A stretch of DNA of 64,000 bases, from contig JBFWLW010000001.1 of NCBI GenBank assembly GCA_050251945.1, positions 288,001 through 352,000 of the forward strand, written 5' to 3'. The position numbers and the translations under genes were made by a program. Every line of letters starts with the position of its first letter. Position 1 is the first letter of the stretch. Under the pieces are notes generated by a model. That model saw only the letters and a list, made by a program, of their open reading frames with translations. It was not told the DNA's origin and searched no databases. The DNA is from Deferribacterales bacterium. Its GTDB lineage: Bacteria; Chrysiogenota; Deferribacteres; Deferribacterales; Geovibrionaceae. This document shows, one piece after another, positions 61,803 through 64,000 of this stretch.

Positions 61803-63280
61803 CTTATCACCTTCAACAGATCAAGCTTCATCGCTCTCAGGGCAGAATAGTACACGCCGCAACCAAGAACAATATTTAAAAGAACGTGAAGACCATTTTT
61901 ATCGGCAAAGAAAATAACCGCAGACATAGCGGCAACAGACAGGATAATTTTTGCCAAGAGACTGAAACTATTGGTAATTGAGTAGTTATAATGTCTTAGA
62001 TTAACATAAAGAAACGTACAGTTCACCAGAGCCGCTATGGAAGCCGCGAGTGCTATCCCGCCATGCCCTAACGGTTTCATAAACATAAAACCAAACAGAA
62101 CGTTGAACACAAAACCTATAAAAGCCGCCCTTAATGGAGTTCTTATATCCTTATCCGAATAATATATACGGCTGAAAACACTTATCAGCGAATAGAATAA
62201 CAGCCCCGAAGAATACATCCTGAGAGCGAATGCCGTTGCCCTGACATCCATGGCGCCGAACGACAGCCTGCCGTAAATGAGCGATATTATCGGGTCGGCA
62301 AGAATAATAAGCCCGGCCGACGCAGGTATCATAATAACAAGGATAGCATTTACCGCCTTGTCTATAAGTTTGTTGCGCTGTCCGAAATCGCCATTGGAAT
62401 TTGCAACGCTTATCTCTGTCAGTGTAACAGTGCCGACAGCAACCGCGAACATACCGAGAGGAAACTGAAAAAGCCTGTTCGCATAATACAGATATGATAT
62501 ACTGCCGACAGTAAGAAATGATGCGATTATCCTTCCAACCATAAAGTTAAGCTGGCTTATCCCGACGCCGGCAAGCGATGGGAGGACATAGTGGAAAGTC
62601 TTCAATGCGTCCTTATTGATTCCATGAGAAAAAACAGGTCTGTAACCCTTATAAACAGCCGCACCGAACACAAGTAAAAGCTGAAAAACGCCGCCTGCAA
62701 GCACTCCGTAGCACAACATATTTATATTGCCTGAGTTTGCGTAACCAAGCCACGCGCCTATTATCATGGATATATTGAGAACGGCTGTTGATGCTGCAGG
62801 CAGATAGTAAGTGTCTTTTATATTAAGGTATCCTGAAAAAAGCGCGCATATTGATATCAAAAGCAGATAAGGCATAAGAATCACAAGCATTGATGCGGCA
62901 GAACTCAAAATCCATGGGTCATGTCTGTACCCCGGCATGAAAACTGTAACTGAAAATTCAGGAAATATAAACACCGCAACGAGAAGAACCAAAACGGCAG
63001 CGGATACGAAAATTATAAGACTGGTGAGATAATGGGATGCGGAACGCTCCCCTTCTTTTGTAAGTTTATCGCTCAATATGGGAACAAATACGGAAGACAA
63101 TGCGCCCTCCGCAAAAAAAGCGCGGAAAAGATTGGGTATGGCAAAAGCAACGAAGAAAGCGTCTGTGAGAGCGTTTGCGCCGAAAAAGCCCGCCACAAGC
63201 ACATCCCGAACCATTCCGAATACTCTGCTGGTCAGAATACCCAGTCCGGATTTAAGCACTTTTTTAACAAATCCTGCCAT
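61799..63280 (-). CDS. murJ: lipid II flippase MurJ (MviN)
   Basis: SRVFGMVRD, DAFFVAFAIPNLFR..FAEGA, YANRLFQFPLG. Confidence 0.95.
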   Translation of the reverse strand: MAGFVKKVLKSGLGILTSRVFGMVRDVLVAGFFGANALTDAFFVAFAIPNLFRAFFAEGALSSVFVPILSDKLTKEGERSASHYLTSLIIFVSAAVLVLLVAVFIFPEFSVTVFMPGYRHDPWILSSAASMLVILMPYLLLISICALFSGYLNIKDTYYLPAASTAVLNISMIIGAWLGYANSGNINMLCYGVLAGGVFQLLLVFGAAVYKGYRPVFSHGINKDALKTFHYVLPSLAGVGISQLNFMVGRIIASFLTVGSISYLYYANRLFQFPLGMFAVAVGTVTLTEISVANSNGDFGQRNKLIDKAVNAILVIMIPASAGLIILADPIISLIYGRLSFGAMDVRATAFALRMYSSGLLFYSLISVFSRIYYSDKDIRTPLRAAFIGFVFNVLFGFMFMKPLGHGGIALAASIAALVNCTFLYVNLRHYNYSITNSFSLLAKIILSVAAMSAVIFFADKNGLHVLLNIVLGCGVYYSALRAMKLDLLKVIR

Positions 63281-63390
63281 GACAATTATTTCCTTAAAAA
63301 AAAATGTAAATTGACTTTACACGTTAAAACACATCGGATATAATGGGACATTGAAAAATATCATAAATAAACGATATTTGCACGGAGATT

Positions 63391-63681
63391 ATGGTTATGA
63401 CTAAATCAGAACTGATCGAAGTAATTGCTACACTCAACCCCGAACTGACAAAAAAACAGATCGAATTCATCGTTAACGGTGTTTTCCAAAACATCAAAGA
63501 CGCTCTGAAAGCCGGAGACAAAGTAGAGATCAGAGGCTTTGGAAGCTTCAAGATCAGAGAAAAGAACTCCAAACTCGGTCGCAATCCCAAAACCGGAGAC
63601 AAAGTGGAAGTACCTTCCAAAAACGTACCCTACTTCAAGCCCGGTAAAGAGATAAAAGAACTTCTGATCGAAGCTGAATAA
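63391..63681 (+). CDS. ihfB: integration host factor beta/HU family protein
   Basis: MTKSELI, VEIRGFGSF, GRNPKTG, PYFKPGKE. Confidence 0.85.
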   Translation: MVMTKSELIEVIATLNPELTKKQIEFIVNGVFQNIKDALKAGDKVEIRGFGSFKIREKNSKLGRNPKTGDKVEVPSKNVPYFKPGKEIKELLIEAE

Positions 63682-63776
63682 AAACTGTTTCTGAAAAACC
63701 TGTAATTTTTCCGTCGGGTCAGATTTTAAATCGCTGATGCGTTGAAAACCGACAGCTTTTGCTGTGTTCGGGTTTT

Positions 63777-63998
63777 TCAGATTTTTTTATTCAAAAGCGC
63801 CGATTTGATACTTTTTGAATTGTATTTCTTCTGGATATGCTGTTTGCGTATCTTGTTGGATATCTTTTTCCCAATCTCCGTCTTTTCTCTCTCAAGTCGA
63901 TATTCAACCTTCTTGTGTTCAGCAAGAAGGTTTTTTATTGCGTTTTTTACCTCTTCAGGTTTCTCTGGCATGTTGTCAAGAATTTGAAATATCTGGGA
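63777..63998 (-). CDS. hypothetical coiled-coil protein, 3' part (extends beyond the window)
   Basis: Frame of ORF 63777..63971 stays open to the window end. Confidence 0.5.
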   Translation of the reverse strand, partial: SQIFQILDNMPEKPEEVKNAIKNLLAEHKKVEYRLEREKTEIGKKISNKIRKQHIQKKYNSKSIKSALLNKKI

Positions 63999-64000
63999 AA

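Overview
Bacterial chromosomal region of mostly housekeeping genes from an anaerobic diderm. Gene content and sequence style suggest Deferribacterota (inference, not searched). The window spans the replication terminus: a dif site lies at 31716-31743, genes are mostly + strand to its left and - strand to its right, and KOPS-like octamers point toward it. It contains a lexA-small ORF-Y-family polymerase SOS cassette with a GAAC-N4-GTTC operator; hom-apgM-lysC-cimA; pyrRBC and carB-pyrK-pyrD; prfB-alr-mlaEFD-mqnD-ptsP; a TIGR04282/TIGR04283-like glycosyltransferase cluster; a joined ABC exporter/importer operon; panBCD-cheW-recG; hisS-aspS; and murJ to metK-ahcY. Notable non-coding elements are a candidate anti-Shine-Dalgarno sRNA (about 7972-8049), a leader peptide plus terminator upstream of pyrR, a pan RNA motif, and two copies of a ~140-bp MITE that each duplicated a terminator-like hairpin. 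panC carries a perfect 78-bp in-frame tandem duplication. No rRNA, tRNA, CRISPR array or transposase gene was seen. All family assignments come from motif recognition, not database searches.
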